Part shown: positions 1 to 9,721 of the stretch, one piece after another
How the letters are laid out: the number at the start of each line of letters is the position of its first letter
Position numbering within the stretch: the stretch's first letter is position 1
Source: Bacteroidota bacterium
GTDB taxonomy: Bacteria > Bacteroidota > JABWAT01
Length of the DNA stretch: 64,000 bases
Direction of reading: 5' to 3'
NCBI GenBank assembly: GCA_013360915.1
Contig: JABWAT010000001.1
Location: forward strand, 5,259 to 69,258
Translations under genes and position numbers: made by a program
The notes under the pieces: generated by a model
Seen by the model: the letters and a program-made list of their open reading frames with translations, nothing else
Database searches by the model: none
What the model was told of the DNA's origin: nothing

Positions 1-1
1 T

Positions 2-451
2 GAGAAGGTTGGTATTGATTTGTCCGAATTCAAATTCAATACTGCTGTTGCCTCCCTCATGGAGCTGATGAATGAGTTTTATAAGTGGGAAGAGAAGGAT
101 CGGTATCCCGGGTTGCTGAAGCATTGTGTGGTCAGGTATCTTGAAATTTTCTCTCCCATTGCGCCACATCTGGCTGAAGAGTTGTTAAATCAGATTGGAT
201 TGGATGGGTCCGTTTTTGATCGTTCGTGGCCATCTTTTCACCCTGAAGCCACCAAAACGGACACTGTTACGATTGTCGTTCAGATCAATGGGAAATTGCG
301 TGGTCGGGTAGAGGTGAATCGGGACGCTGATGAAAACCAGGTCCGGCTCATCGCTGAGGCTGATGAAACAATCGCAAGATTTCTGACCGGTACCCAGCTG
401 ATCAAGTCGGTTTTCGTTGCAAACAAATTGCTTAATCTTGTTGTGAAGTAA
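2..451 (+). CDS. leuS: leucyl-tRNA synthetase, C-terminal fragment (5' end lies outside the window)
   Basis: The frame is open from the window edge. The C-terminal sequence ...TIVVQINGKLRGRVEV...SVFVANKLLNLVVK matches the typical bacterial LeuS C-terminal domain. Stop is TAA at 449-451. Confidence 0.8.
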   Translation, partial: EKVGIDLSEFKFNTAVASLMELMNEFYKWEEKDRYPGLLKHCVVRYLEIFSPIAPHLAEELLNQIGLDGSVFDRSWPSFHPEATKTDTVTIVVQINGKLRGRVEVNRDADENQVRLIAEADETIARFLTGTQLIKSVFVANKLLNLVVK

Positions 452-461
452 GGAGTGACTG

Positions 462-818
462 ATGAAAAAGTATGGTGAGTTGGTGTTGGAAGAAGGTTTT
501 GCAACCGAAGAACAGATCAGAACGGCGCTTGAGTACCAGAAAACCAGTGACACTCTGCTTGGCAAAGTACTGGTTGATATGGGTATCATTACTCTTGAAC
601 AGCAATATGATCTGAATCATTTACATAAACTTCCCGATAATCAGGGCAAGCGTATTGGTGAGTTGGCAGTCCTGAACGGATTTGCAACTGAATCCGACAT
701 TGAAAGGGCATTGGCCTTTCAAAAGAAGGTAAAAGGATTCCTTGGTGATATCATGATTGAACTTGGTTATATCACCGCTAAACAGCATGAAATAATTCTG
801 GCGATGCAACGTGACTAA
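462..818 (+). CDS. small protein made of two tandem MshEN / GspE-N-terminal-like domains (putative c-di-GMP receptor)
   Basis: AAGGAG sits 6 nt upstream of the ATG. There are four copies of xLGxxhhxxGhhxxxxhxxxLxxQ, arranged as two units of 24 aa, a 5-aa spacer, then 24 aa. The stop overlaps the purM start. Confidence 0.65.
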   Translation: MKKYGELVLEEGFATEEQIRTALEYQKTSDTLLGKVLVDMGIITLEQQYDLNHLHKLPDNQGKRIGELAVLNGFATESDIERALAFQKKVKGFLGDIMIELGYITAKQHEIILAMQRD

Positions 819-1830
819 ACAAACTGGTGAACCGATAACCTATAAAATGGCCGGTGTGGATATTGATGCCGGCGAAGAAACAGTAGAGCGGATCAAACCG
901 CATGTAAAGAAAACTTTCACTCCATCAGTCCTGAGTGATCTTGGAAGTTTCGGGGCCTTGTTTGATGCCCGTTTTCAGGGGTATCATGAACCTGTTCTTG
1001 TATCTTCGGTCGATGGTGTGGGCACTAAATTAAAAGTGGCTCAGGCCATGGGGATTCACTCCACCATTGGACAGGATCTGGTTAACCATTGTGTCAATGA
1101 TATTTTGGTTTGTGGTGCAAAGCCACTCTTTTTTCTTGACTATTTTTCCACAGGAAAACTGGTTCCGCAGACAGCCGAATCGGTTATTGCAGGCATGGCC
1201 ACCGCCTGTAAGGAAAATGGGTGTGCACTGATCGGCGGAGAAACCGCCGAAATGCCAGGCATTTATGACGGTGAAGATTACGATCTCGCCGGCACCATCG
1301 TGGGTCTTGCTGAAAAGCAGCTTCTTCTGAAAAGGGAGCGGGTCAAAGAAGGGGATGTCATGCTTGCAATCCCATCAACCGGATTGCATACCAATGGGTA
1401 CAGCCTGGCCCGTCGGGTGGTTTTGAAAAAACATGAATTTACCGATTATGCTCCCGAGTTGGGCACTTCATACGGCGAGGCACTACTGGCTGTTCACCGT
1501 AGCTACTTCCATTCCGTTTTCCCGCTTGTCGAACAAAAACTGATCAATGGAATGAGTCATATCACTGGTGGCGGGCTGATTGCCAATACACGCCGGGTGA
1601 TTCCGGATACACTGGATCTGGATGTGAATTGGAATTCCTGGGAGCGTCCTGTTCTGTTTAAAGTGATTCAGGAGTTGGGATCGGTACCGGAGGAGGACAT
1701 GCGCCGTACCATGAACCTTGGAATCGGTCTTGTGCTGATTGTTGATCCGCAAAATGCCGGTCGCGTTCAATCCCATCTTGAAAGCGTGGGAGAAAAAGTA
1801 TTGCGGATTGGCCAGATTACAAAAAAATAA
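811..1830 (+). CDS. purM: phosphoribosylformylglycinamidine cyclo-ligase (AIR synthetase)
   Basis: N-terminus ...YKMAGVDIDAGEETVERIK, followed by DGVGTK and GGETAEMPG motifs. Length is 339 aa. The GTG start gives an N-terminal length like E. coli PurM. Confidence 0.95.
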   Translation: MTKQTGEPITYKMAGVDIDAGEETVERIKPHVKKTFTPSVLSDLGSFGALFDARFQGYHEPVLVSSVDGVGTKLKVAQAMGIHSTIGQDLVNHCVNDILVCGAKPLFFLDYFSTGKLVPQTAESVIAGMATACKENGCALIGGETAEMPGIYDGEDYDLAGTIVGLAEKQLLLKRERVKEGDVMLAIPSTGLHTNGYSLARRVVLKKHEFTDYAPELGTSYGEALLAVHRSYFHSVFPLVEQKLINGMSHITGGGLIANTRRVIPDTLDLDVNWNSWERPVLFKVIQELGSVPEEDMRRTMNLGIGLVLIVDPQNAGRVQSHLESVGEKVLRIGQITKK

Positions 1831-1851
1831 ACCAGACAAGAGAGAACCACC

Positions 1852-2499
1852 ATGGCAACATTGGCAATTATCGCAATTCTGGCTTACCTGCTGGGGTCAT
1901 TTCCCACCGCTATCCTTGTAGGAAAGTGGTCCAGAGGAATAGATATCCGGCAACACGGCAGTGGAAATGCCGGGGGCACCAACGTATTCCGGGTGCTTGG
2001 CTGGAAACTGGGCGTGTTTGTCATGCTCGTTGATATGCTAAAGGGACTGGTTGCCACAGTATTTCTTTCTCAGATTTCTCTTGGAGGGGGAACACCCGAA
2101 CTCAGTGACACCATTCTGAAAATCGTAGCAGGAACCTTTGCCATTATAGGCCATATCTGGACCGTATTTGCAGGATTCAAAGGAGGTAAAGGGGTTGGAA
2201 CGGCCGCAGGATTTCTGTTCGGACTGATTCCTCTGGCAGCAACAGTTGGCCTGATTGTCTTCTTTACTGTTTTCCTTTTGACCCGGTATGTCAGTCTTGG
2301 TTCAATGATTGCTGCCATTTCCATACCATCCACTTTATTATTTCAGCGATTTTTCCTCGCTGAATCGGTTGATCCTATCCTGATTTCAATAACCGTTCTT
2401 CTGGCAGCATTAATCATTTTCACTCATCGCTCCAATATCAGCAGACTGATTAAAGGCACCGAGAACCGGATTTCAAACCTGAAGGGGGGAAGCCAGTGA
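1852..2499 (+). CDS. plsY: acyl-phosphate:glycerol-3-phosphate acyltransferase
   Basis: GSGNAGGTNVFRVLG and GGKGVGTAAG motifs, a multi-TM profile and a length of 215 aa. Confidence 0.95.
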   Translation: MATLAIIAILAYLLGSFPTAILVGKWSRGIDIRQHGSGNAGGTNVFRVLGWKLGVFVMLVDMLKGLVATVFLSQISLGGGTPELSDTILKIVAGTFAIIGHIWTVFAGFKGGKGVGTAAGFLFGLIPLAATVGLIVFFTVFLLTRYVSLGSMIAAISIPSTLLFQRFFLAESVDPILISITVLLAALIIFTHRSNISRLIKGTENRISNLKGGSQ

Positions 2500-3527
2500 C
2501 TGATTCAACCAACCGGGCAAAGCTTACTGTATTGGGTGCTGGTTCCTGGGGAACCAGTCTGGCCATTCTGCTGGCGGAAAAGGGATATGAAGTTCAGCTG
2601 TGGGAACGAAACACAGAATGGGCAGAAGAACTGAGGACCACTCGTAAAAATGAGCGTTACCTCGGTTCAGACGTAACCTTTCCTGCGCAATTGGAAATTG
2701 CCACATCCCTTGAAAGTGCAGTTCAGGATGCAGAGATGATTGTTCTGGCCACACCGTCCCATACCATCAGAAGCCTGAGTTCACAACTCAAAGGAAAATT
2801 GTCTGATCGGGTGATACTGTGTAATGTGGCCAAAGGAATTGAGATGGACACCTTTCTGACCATGTCGCAGGTAATCCGTTCAGTTCTCCCCGAAATACCC
2901 GACTCCAGAATCTCAGCACTTTACGGACCTTCACATGCAGAAGAAGTAAGCAGGGGACTTCCTACCACCATTGTTGCCGCAAGCCGTGATCTTGAAACAT
3001 CCAGAAAGATCCGGGATTATTTTACCACACCACGGTTCAGAGTATATTCAAATTCTGATCTTCTAGGCGTCGAAATCGGAGGATCGGTTAAGAATGTGAT
3101 GGCCATTGCGGCCGGAATCTCGGATGGTATCGGATTTGGTGATAATGCCAAAGCAGCCCTGATGACCAGGGGCATGCATGAAATAACACGACTTGGTATT
3201 GCGCTTGGGGCACAAAAAGAAACGTTCGCAGGTCTGACCGGAATTGGTGATCTGATCGTTACCTGTATGTCCCGACATTCCAGAAACAGGCATGTTGGAG
3301 AGCAGATAGGAAAAGGGAAGACACTGAAGGAGGTTTTGGATAGTATGATCATGGTGGCTGAAGGAGTGAATACAACCCGGTCAGCCTATGGTCTTGCTAA
3401 AAAACTGGGAATTGAAATGCCGATAACCGAAGCAGTTTACCAGATCCTGTTCGAAAACCAATCTCCCAGGGAAGTGGTCAAGGCCCTCATGACCCGGTCT
3501 GCCAAGGATGAGGATTGGGGAAATTGA
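2496..3527 (+). CDS. gpsA: NAD(P)H-dependent glycerol-3-phosphate dehydrogenase
   Basis: Rossmann motif VLGAGSWGTSLA, plus GSVKNVMAIAAGISDG and GIGDLIVTCMS motifs. It overlaps the plsY stop by 4 nt. Confidence 0.95.
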   Translation: MTDSTNRAKLTVLGAGSWGTSLAILLAEKGYEVQLWERNTEWAEELRTTRKNERYLGSDVTFPAQLEIATSLESAVQDAEMIVLATPSHTIRSLSSQLKGKLSDRVILCNVAKGIEMDTFLTMSQVIRSVLPEIPDSRISALYGPSHAEEVSRGLPTTIVAASRDLETSRKIRDYFTTPRFRVYSNSDLLGVEIGGSVKNVMAIAAGISDGIGFGDNAKAALMTRGMHEITRLGIALGAQKETFAGLTGIGDLIVTCMSRHSRNRHVGEQIGKGKTLKEVLDSMIMVAEGVNTTRSAYGLAKKLGIEMPITEAVYQILFENQSPREVVKALMTRSAKDEDWGN

Positions 3528-3603
3528 TTTAAGCCTCAGAAGGTTGTAAATTTAATAATTACAATCTCTTAATCCCCTGACACCTTTTTTAAAGGGCAAC
3601 TGA

Positions 3604-4875
3604 ATGTTCAGATTGTTTGTTTTATCCGTTTTTATTCTTCTGATTTCCACGATTACGCTCTCTGCACAAGAGACCGAGTCGCCGATAACCACTACAGTTG
3701 TTCCTACCGAAGTAGACACACTTCGTCCACAAATCAACAATGGTCTCAGAATCGCCAAAGAAAAACTGGGTCTCATAGACCGCATGCTGTCGGGGGTTCC
3801 TATTCCGGTAGACACCACCGCAACTGGTGAACCCATCCCGCAAAAAGATCTCAGAACCTTAATTAAAGAAGCAGACTCTGTACTTTCTGTACTGAGGCTC
3901 CGCATCGAGTTATTGCCCCGTGATGACGATTACACAAAGGCGAATAAGACAGAAATCCAACAGTTTCAGTCTGTTTCAAAATTGTATCTGGTAAGATCAT
4001 CCGATGCCCACTCACCTGTTTCAAAATTACAGGATGATACCGACAACAAGTTGATTCTTGCACTTAGGATTATTCAGGGAGAGGACACCACAACACAGTC
4101 ATTGAGTAACCAGGAAAAACTTCAGTTGGCGCGTGGTATGGTTCTTGAAGCAGATTCTCTGCTGCGCAGTTCGGAATTGGCCATCCCCGCACTCGATTCT
4201 GCCCAGCGGGAAACGGATTATCTCAGAGAACGACAGATCCGATTGACCCTTTTTATTGCCGATCTCAAAAATCTGACCGCTTCCGCTGGCATGAACTCAA
4301 CTGTGGCAACCCGGAAATTGATTGAACCAGGTGCGCCCTGGACTTTTGATTCAAAGCCTGCCCTTACCACCGATCCGAGAGTCAATCCGGTAAAGGCTCT
4401 TCTTGAACAATCCCTGAACGAGTATGATGAGGTGTTCAAGACCGTGCAGAAGGATACCATGGTGTGCCAGTTCCAGGTTCCGGATAGCTGGTTGGGTTCT
4501 GAAAAGTTTAAGGGCACTGTCATTTCATACCGCAGCCCCAACGATAAAATTATCCTGACAATCAATCAACTGACCGCCAGTGTGGATTCCCTCCAATTCT
4601 GGGCCAACATTTATGAAGCCTCCTCTTACGGAAAGAATCAGCTTTTAGGGAACTATACTAAAATTCCGGCCCAACGGCTTCAATCTCTCGGCGGAGATCA
4701 ATCCTACCTTGCCAAGTACCATTTCAGAGACAAAGAGGTTGCCACTCTTTTCATTCAGAAAAATGAACGGATCATTTCAACTTTTGTGGAATATCCGAAT
4801 GGCAGTCTGACCGAAAAAGAAGCGGATCTGATCAATGTGATTATGAATTCCGTCCGCTTTAAAGAAAGCCTCTGA
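3604..4875 (+). CDS. hypothetical secreted protein
   Basis: A long ORF (423 aa) with an N-terminal signal-like segment MFRLFVLSVFILLISTITLSAQE. I recognise no family motif. Confidence 0.65.
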   Translation: MFRLFVLSVFILLISTITLSAQETESPITTTVVPTEVDTLRPQINNGLRIAKEKLGLIDRMLSGVPIPVDTTATGEPIPQKDLRTLIKEADSVLSVLRLRIELLPRDDDYTKANKTEIQQFQSVSKLYLVRSSDAHSPVSKLQDDTDNKLILALRIIQGEDTTTQSLSNQEKLQLARGMVLEADSLLRSSELAIPALDSAQRETDYLRERQIRLTLFIADLKNLTASAGMNSTVATRKLIEPGAPWTFDSKPALTTDPRVNPVKALLEQSLNEYDEVFKTVQKDTMVCQFQVPDSWLGSEKFKGTVISYRSPNDKIILTINQLTASVDSLQFWANIYEASSYGKNQLLGNYTKIPAQRLQSLGGDQSYLAKYHFRDKEVATLFIQKNERIISTFVEYPNGSLTEKEADLINVIMNSVRFKESL

Positions 4876-4888
4876 ATCCTTTCCTTTC

Positions 4889-5527
4889 ATGAACCTGTCC
4901 GAAGCCACTCTCTCCCGGTTGATACAGCAGGGAGAGGGGGTCAGTCTTGAATTCAAGCGAAAAATAAACCATACCCGCAAAATCGCAAAAAGCATCATTG
5001 CGTTTGCAAACACCATTGGTGGAATGCTCATTGTCGGAGTAGATGACAATGGTCGGATCTATGGGGTGGATGATGAAAAATACCCGGCTGACACAATCAG
5101 GAAAATGGCTGCTCAGGACTGTTTCCCTGCGGTGAATTGTACCATATCATCCCTGAAACTGGATGGTAAGTATATCATACTGATCAATGTCCCTGAGAGC
5201 ACCAATAAACCCCACTATCTTCTGGATCGGTCCACTGGTCCGGGGCCTGCGTTTATCAGACTTGGAAGTAAGACCATTGAAGCCAGTCCGGTACAGATTT
5301 CAGTGATGCGTCAGAGTAAATCACCAGGTGTCAGCATTGATTATGGAGATGCAGAAAGGCTCTTGTTTGATTATCTGCGGCAGTACGGGACTATCCGGTT
5401 TGATAAGTTTGTTCTTCTGAGTGGATTGTCAGAGGAAGAAACCTCACGGCGCCTGGGTCGGTTGATACTGATCGGTATGATCCGCTCCGTCTTTGTGGAA
5501 TCCAAAGAGTACTTTACACTGGCCTGA
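4889..5527 (+). CDS. AlbA_2 (Schlafen-like, divergent AAA_4) domain putative DNA-binding protein
   Basis: N-terminal E(G)xxLEFKR...IAKSIIAFANTIGGMLIVGVDDNGRIYGV is the typical AlbA_2 core. The C-terminus looks like a winged helix. Confidence 0.6.
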   Translation: MNLSEATLSRLIQQGEGVSLEFKRKINHTRKIAKSIIAFANTIGGMLIVGVDDNGRIYGVDDEKYPADTIRKMAAQDCFPAVNCTISSLKLDGKYIILINVPESTNKPHYLLDRSTGPGPAFIRLGSKTIEASPVQISVMRQSKSPGVSIDYGDAERLLFDYLRQYGTIRFDKFVLLSGLSEEETSRRLGRLILIGMIRSVFVESKEYFTLA

Positions 5528-5531
5528 TCAG

Positions 5532-6449
5532 TCAATCCTCTTTTGACAGCAGATCTTCATAAATCAGAAGATAACTTTCATATCGTCTCACCGAAATCTC
5601 ACCATTTTCAACGGCTGCTTTGACAGCACATACCGGTTCATGGGTATGGCTGCATTTGGAATATTTACAACCATCGAGATAAGGAACCATTTCTCTGAAG
5701 AAATGGCTGAGTTCCCAGGCTTCAACATCGTGCAGGGCAAATTCACGCAATCCAGGCGTATCAATAATATCGGTTCCTGGGGCCACTTCATGAAGTTCAG
5801 CAAAACTGGTGGTATGCTTGCCCTGATCCCATTTAACCGAGGTAATACCAATTTTTACTTTGCTTTCCGGGATCAGTTGTTTGATGAGCGTCGATTTTCC
5901 CACGCCACTCAATCCCGTCAGCAGGCTCATTCTTCCTTCAAAAAGGTTTTTAATGGAAATTGGCAGGGGAGAGGACACAAGGTTTACCAGATGAATGGAA
6001 TCGGCAGACTGAAGGTAGCTGTCCTCAATTTCATCTTGAAGGTCCTGCAGGTTCTTAACCAGATCTGTTTTGGTGAAAATCAGATGAACCGGGATGCGGA
6101 ATGCTTCAGCACTGACCATACAGCGATCAATAAACTGGTAGCGTATGGTCGGACTCTTAACTGAACTGACAATGACTAACTGATCAATATTTGCAGCCAG
6201 GAGTTGTTCCTGGTTTTCATTTCCAATCGCCTTTCTGCTGAATTTATTCTTGCGGTCATGGACCGCCGAGATGGTAAGTACCTCATCATTATCGAGGTCA
6301 ACCCAATCGCCAACCACCACAGGGTTGGTGCTGGAGCTTTCCAGCAGACGTAATTTTCCACGTAACTGGGCATGTAGAATGCCTTCATTGGTACGGATCG
6401 AATATTGGCTGCCGACCGACCGGACAACGAGTCCTTGAATAAGTGTCAT
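5532..6449 (-). CDS. rsgA: ribosome small-subunit-dependent GTPase A
   Basis: Circularly permuted GTPase motifs (TKTDL, GLSGVGKSTLI, DTPGLREF) and the C-terminal zinc motif CKYSKCSHTHEPVCAV. Confidence 0.9.
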   Translation of the reverse strand: MTLIQGLVVRSVGSQYSIRTNEGILHAQLRGKLRLLESSSTNPVVVGDWVDLDNDEVLTISAVHDRKNKFSRKAIGNENQEQLLAANIDQLVIVSSVKSPTIRYQFIDRCMVSAEAFRIPVHLIFTKTDLVKNLQDLQDEIEDSYLQSADSIHLVNLVSSPLPISIKNLFEGRMSLLTGLSGVGKSTLIKQLIPESKVKIGITSVKWDQGKHTTSFAELHEVAPGTDIIDTPGLREFALHDVEAWELSHFFREMVPYLDGCKYSKCSHTHEPVCAVKAAVENGEISVRRYESYLLIYEDLLSKED

Positions 6450-6506
6450 TGGTTTACTAACATTGTCAGAATCACTCAGATCAAATACAGATTAACCGGA
6501 GAATAC

Positions 6507-6869
6507 ATGGCTAAAATTCTTGTGGTCGAAGATAGCATAACAAACCGTAAAGTAATAGTCTCCTATCTGCAGGGACTGGGACATCAGACCGTGGAAGCAG
6601 GGGACGGTATTGAAGGAGAGGCCGTGGCTCTGAAAGAAAAGCCGGATTGCATCGTTCTGGATGTGGTCATGCCCAACCGAAACGGATTTGAATTGCTTCG
6701 TGATCTTCGAAAGACGCCTGGATTTGAGAAAACGCCGATCATCATGCTTACCAGCAAGGATCAGGACAGTGATAAATTCTGGGGAATGAAACAAGGAGCC
6801 AATGATTACCTGACAAAACCATTCTCAGAAGAGGACCTTGGTAAAGCAGTCGGGAAATACGTCAAGTAA
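6507..6869 (+). CDS. stand-alone CheY-like response regulator receiver protein
   Basis: MAKILVVEDS..., the DVVMP phospho-acceptor region, LTSK and the KPF motif. I chose the internal ATG at 6507 because the longer ORF start at 6405 overlaps rsgA. Confidence 0.85.
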   Translation: MAKILVVEDSITNRKVIVSYLQGLGHQTVEAGDGIEGEAVALKEKPDCIVLDVVMPNRNGFELLRDLRKTPGFEKTPIIMLTSKDQDSDKFWGMKQGANDYLTKPFSEEDLGKAVGKYVK

Positions 6870-6873
6870 TAAT

Positions 6874-6888
6874 GCCGGATTTTCCGGC
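6874..6888 (+). terminator. weak hairpin downstream of the response regulator
   Basis: GCCGGA-TTT-TCCGGC lies 5 nt after the stop and is followed by a T-rich tract (TTATTCATACTTT). Confidence 0.4.
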
Positions 6889-7010
6889 TTATTCATACTT
6901 TACATAATATATATTATATGGTATTCAGCGGACCAATGTAAAATCGTATTTTTGGATTTTATTGTATTTTTTATTATTTAAGTCCACCAAACAAATGATA
7001 GGAACTGATT

Positions 7011-7466
7011 ATGTCGGTTGTTTTTTCCCGGTCCTGTGAGTATGCACTTCAGGCGGTTATGTATATTGCCATGCAGCCTCCCCGGCAGATGGTATTATTA
7101 AAGGATATTGCTGAAAAAGTAAATATTCCAAAACACTTTCTGGGCAAGATCCTCCAGAAGTTGGCGAAGGCTGGATTGCTGGACAGTCAGAAGGGACCCA
7201 ATGGTGGCTTCTCTCTGATAGATTCTCCCAATCAGATTACCGCCCTGATGATTGTGGAAGCCATCGATGGGACTGAATTGATAAATCACTGTGTGGCTGG
7301 CTTCCCAAAATGCGATCGTGAACACCCATGTCCTTTCCATGATGAGTGGTATCCGATCAGGGAAAGCATCAAGACCATGCTTGAACGCGAAACCGTTGAT
7401 AAGCTGATGATTGATGCAAAAGCAGGTAAACGGGTTCCATTTCTGAAACCAGGATATTTTTCCTGA
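7011..7466 (+). CDS. Rrf2-family transcriptional regulator with a putative Fe-S cysteine triad
   Basis: N-terminus SRSCEYALQAVMYIA with a wHTH typical of Rrf2. The cysteine cluster is CVAGFPKCDREHPC (C-x6-C-x5-C). Confidence 0.85.
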   Translation: MSVVFSRSCEYALQAVMYIAMQPPRQMVLLKDIAEKVNIPKHFLGKILQKLAKAGLLDSQKGPNGGFSLIDSPNQITALMIVEAIDGTELINHCVAGFPKCDREHPCPFHDEWYPIRESIKTMLERETVDKLMIDAKAGKRVPFLKPGYFS

Positions 7467-7480
7467 TTATGTAAAGTAAT

Positions 7481-9721
7481 TCACCGGTTATACAAATTGC
7501 GGATTCTATTGTAGTATGGATCCGCAATTTCTTCCCAACTGAATTCAGTTTCTCCTGCACGCCACATACCATTCCCGGTCACTTTTCCGATTTCCATACA
7601 AGGCACATTGTGCTCGATAAAAAAGCTTCGGACTGAATCTGCCTGAGCAGGAGTTACCTCAATCACCACCCTGCCCTGATCCTCGCTGAACCAAAAGGTA
7701 GCCGGCTCCATCGTACCTTGTTGACTCTCGAGTCCGAGTGATCCGGTTTGACGGTTAATGAACATATCGGCAAGACACATAAACAAACCACCATCAGAGA
7801 CGTCATGTGCCGATTGAATCAGACCTGCTGCTATGGCTTCGAGCAAGGTCTCATGCAGTTTCTTTTCTTCCTGAAGGTTGATATGAGGCGCATCACCCGC
7901 CACAACTCTATGTACCACTTTCAGGTACTCGCTTCCGGTGATGGAGGCCTGTGGCCTTCCAACCTGGAATAAGACATTTCCTTCTTTCTTCAATGCAAGA
8001 GTCATTGGCGGAGTGGCCTCGACATTTTCGATCAGCCCCAACATGCCGATGGTCGGTGTCGGGTACACAGCGGCTTCAGGACTTTCATTATAGAAACTCA
8101 CGTTGCCGCCGGTTACCGGTGTATCAAATACCCTGCATGCTTCACCCATACCAGCCAGGGCCTCTGAGAACTGATAGTAAACCTCTGGTTTATATGGGTT
8201 ACCGAAGTTCAGGCAATTGGTTATGGCCAGGGGGCGTGCACCTGTGCAAACCACATTTCTTGCGGCTTCGGCAACTGCAATCTGACCGCCTTTTCTTGGA
8301 TTGAGAAAGACATAACGGCCATTACAGTCAGTTTTAACGGAAAGAGCTTTTCGGGTTCCCTTAATCCGGATCACTGAGGCATCAGTGGTTCCGATTTCGG
8401 TCATTGTATTTGTCCGGACCATAGAGTCATACTGGTCAAATATCCATTTTCTGGATGCCAGATTCGGACTTTCGAGTAACTGAAGGGCCTCCTTACTGAA
8501 ATCGTTCAGTTTGTAACCAGAGAGGTCGGCTTTCTGGATGGTATCGAGCCACTCCGGACGTTTTCTTTCGCGGACATAAACCGGAGCTCCGCCTCCCAAC
8601 ACGAGTGAGTGAGCCGGAATATCTGCTTTTTTCGTTCCATCCCTGTAGATTTCAATGCGACCGGTATTCGTTACCTCGCCAATGATAACCGCGTGGAGGT
8701 CCCACTTGTCGAAAATCTGAATAATCGAATCTTCCCTGCCCTTTTCAGCAACGATCAGCATTCGTTCCTGTGATTCGCTCAGCATCAGTTCGTAAGCAGT
8801 CATGTGGGACTCTCTGGCAGGCACTTTATCCAGATCTATTTTCATGCCAACCGAGCCCTTTGCGCTCATTTCGGAGGTTGAGCAGGAAATCCCGGCAGCC
8901 CCCATATCCTGAATTCCGATGACATTGCCGGTAGCTATGGCCTCCAGAGTAGCCTCGAGAAGCAATTTCTCGGTAAAAGGATCGCCTACCTGAACACTGG
9001 GACGTTTCGCGTCTGACTCTTCAGAAATTTCCTCAGAGGCGAAGGTGGCGCCATGAATTCCATCCCGACCGGTCGCCGAACCGACGATAAGAACCGGATT
9101 TCCTTCACCGCGTGCGATGGCGCTGGCGGTTTTCCCTTTCTCGACAATTCCGACCGACATGGCATTTACAAGCGGATTTCCCTGGTAACAGTCTTCAAAA
9201 TAAACTTCACCAGCAACGGTAGGCACACCAAAGGAGTTACCGTACATGCTGATTCCCTTAACCACCCCTTCGAGAAGAAAGCGGGTCCGCGGATGATCCG
9301 GATTCCCAAAACGAAGAGAGTTAAGCGATGCGATGGGCCGTGCTCCCATGGTAAAAATATCACGGTGAATTCCACCGACACCAGTTGCTGCTCCCTGGAC
9401 CGGTTCTACCGCGCTGGGATGGTTGTGGCTTTCAATTTTAAAGGCCACGGCAAGGTTATCACCAATATCAACCAATCCGGCATTTTCCTCACCGGCATCA
9501 ACCAATAACCTTCCACCGCTTCTTGGAAGTTTTTTTATCTCCAGAATCGAATTTTTGTAACTGCAGTGTTCGGACCACATGACCGAAAAAATTCCAAGCT
9601 CAGTAAAGCTTGGCGTTCTTCCCAGAATGGAGAGAATTTTTTGGTATTCTTCATCGGTTAAACCGTGTTTTTTAACCAGTTCCGGGGTGATTTCGGGTTC
9701 TGTAAAGACTGAGTGACTCAT
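7481..9721 (-). CDS. purL: phosphoribosylformylglycinamidine synthase subunit II
   Basis: 746 aa with ...EHCSYKNS..., ESHNHPS and duplicated AIR-synthase-like domains. Confidence 0.95.
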   Translation of the reverse strand: MSHSVFTEPEITPELVKKHGLTDEEYQKILSILGRTPSFTELGIFSVMWSEHCSYKNSILEIKKLPRSGGRLLVDAGEENAGLVDIGDNLAVAFKIESHNHPSAVEPVQGAATGVGGIHRDIFTMGARPIASLNSLRFGNPDHPRTRFLLEGVVKGISMYGNSFGVPTVAGEVYFEDCYQGNPLVNAMSVGIVEKGKTASAIARGEGNPVLIVGSATGRDGIHGATFASEEISEESDAKRPSVQVGDPFTEKLLLEATLEAIATGNVIGIQDMGAAGISCSTSEMSAKGSVGMKIDLDKVPARESHMTAYELMLSESQERMLIVAEKGREDSIIQIFDKWDLHAVIIGEVTNTGRIEIYRDGTKKADIPAHSLVLGGGAPVYVRERKRPEWLDTIQKADLSGYKLNDFSKEALQLLESPNLASRKWIFDQYDSMVRTNTMTEIGTTDASVIRIKGTRKALSVKTDCNGRYVFLNPRKGGQIAVAEAARNVVCTGARPLAITNCLNFGNPYKPEVYYQFSEALAGMGEACRVFDTPVTGGNVSFYNESPEAAVYPTPTIGMLGLIENVEATPPMTLALKKEGNVLFQVGRPQASITGSEYLKVVHRVVAGDAPHINLQEEKKLHETLLEAIAAGLIQSAHDVSDGGLFMCLADMFINRQTGSLGLESQQGTMEPATFWFSEDQGRVVIEVTPAQADSVRSFFIEHNVPCMEIGKVTGNGMWRAGETEFSWEEIADPYYNRIRNLYNR

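Noticed and set aside
6405-6506. A 34-codon N-terminal extension of the response regulator that overlaps the rsgA 5' end.
   Set aside because: Receiver domains start within a few residues of the (K)ILVVED strand, and the ATG at 6507 gives exactly that.
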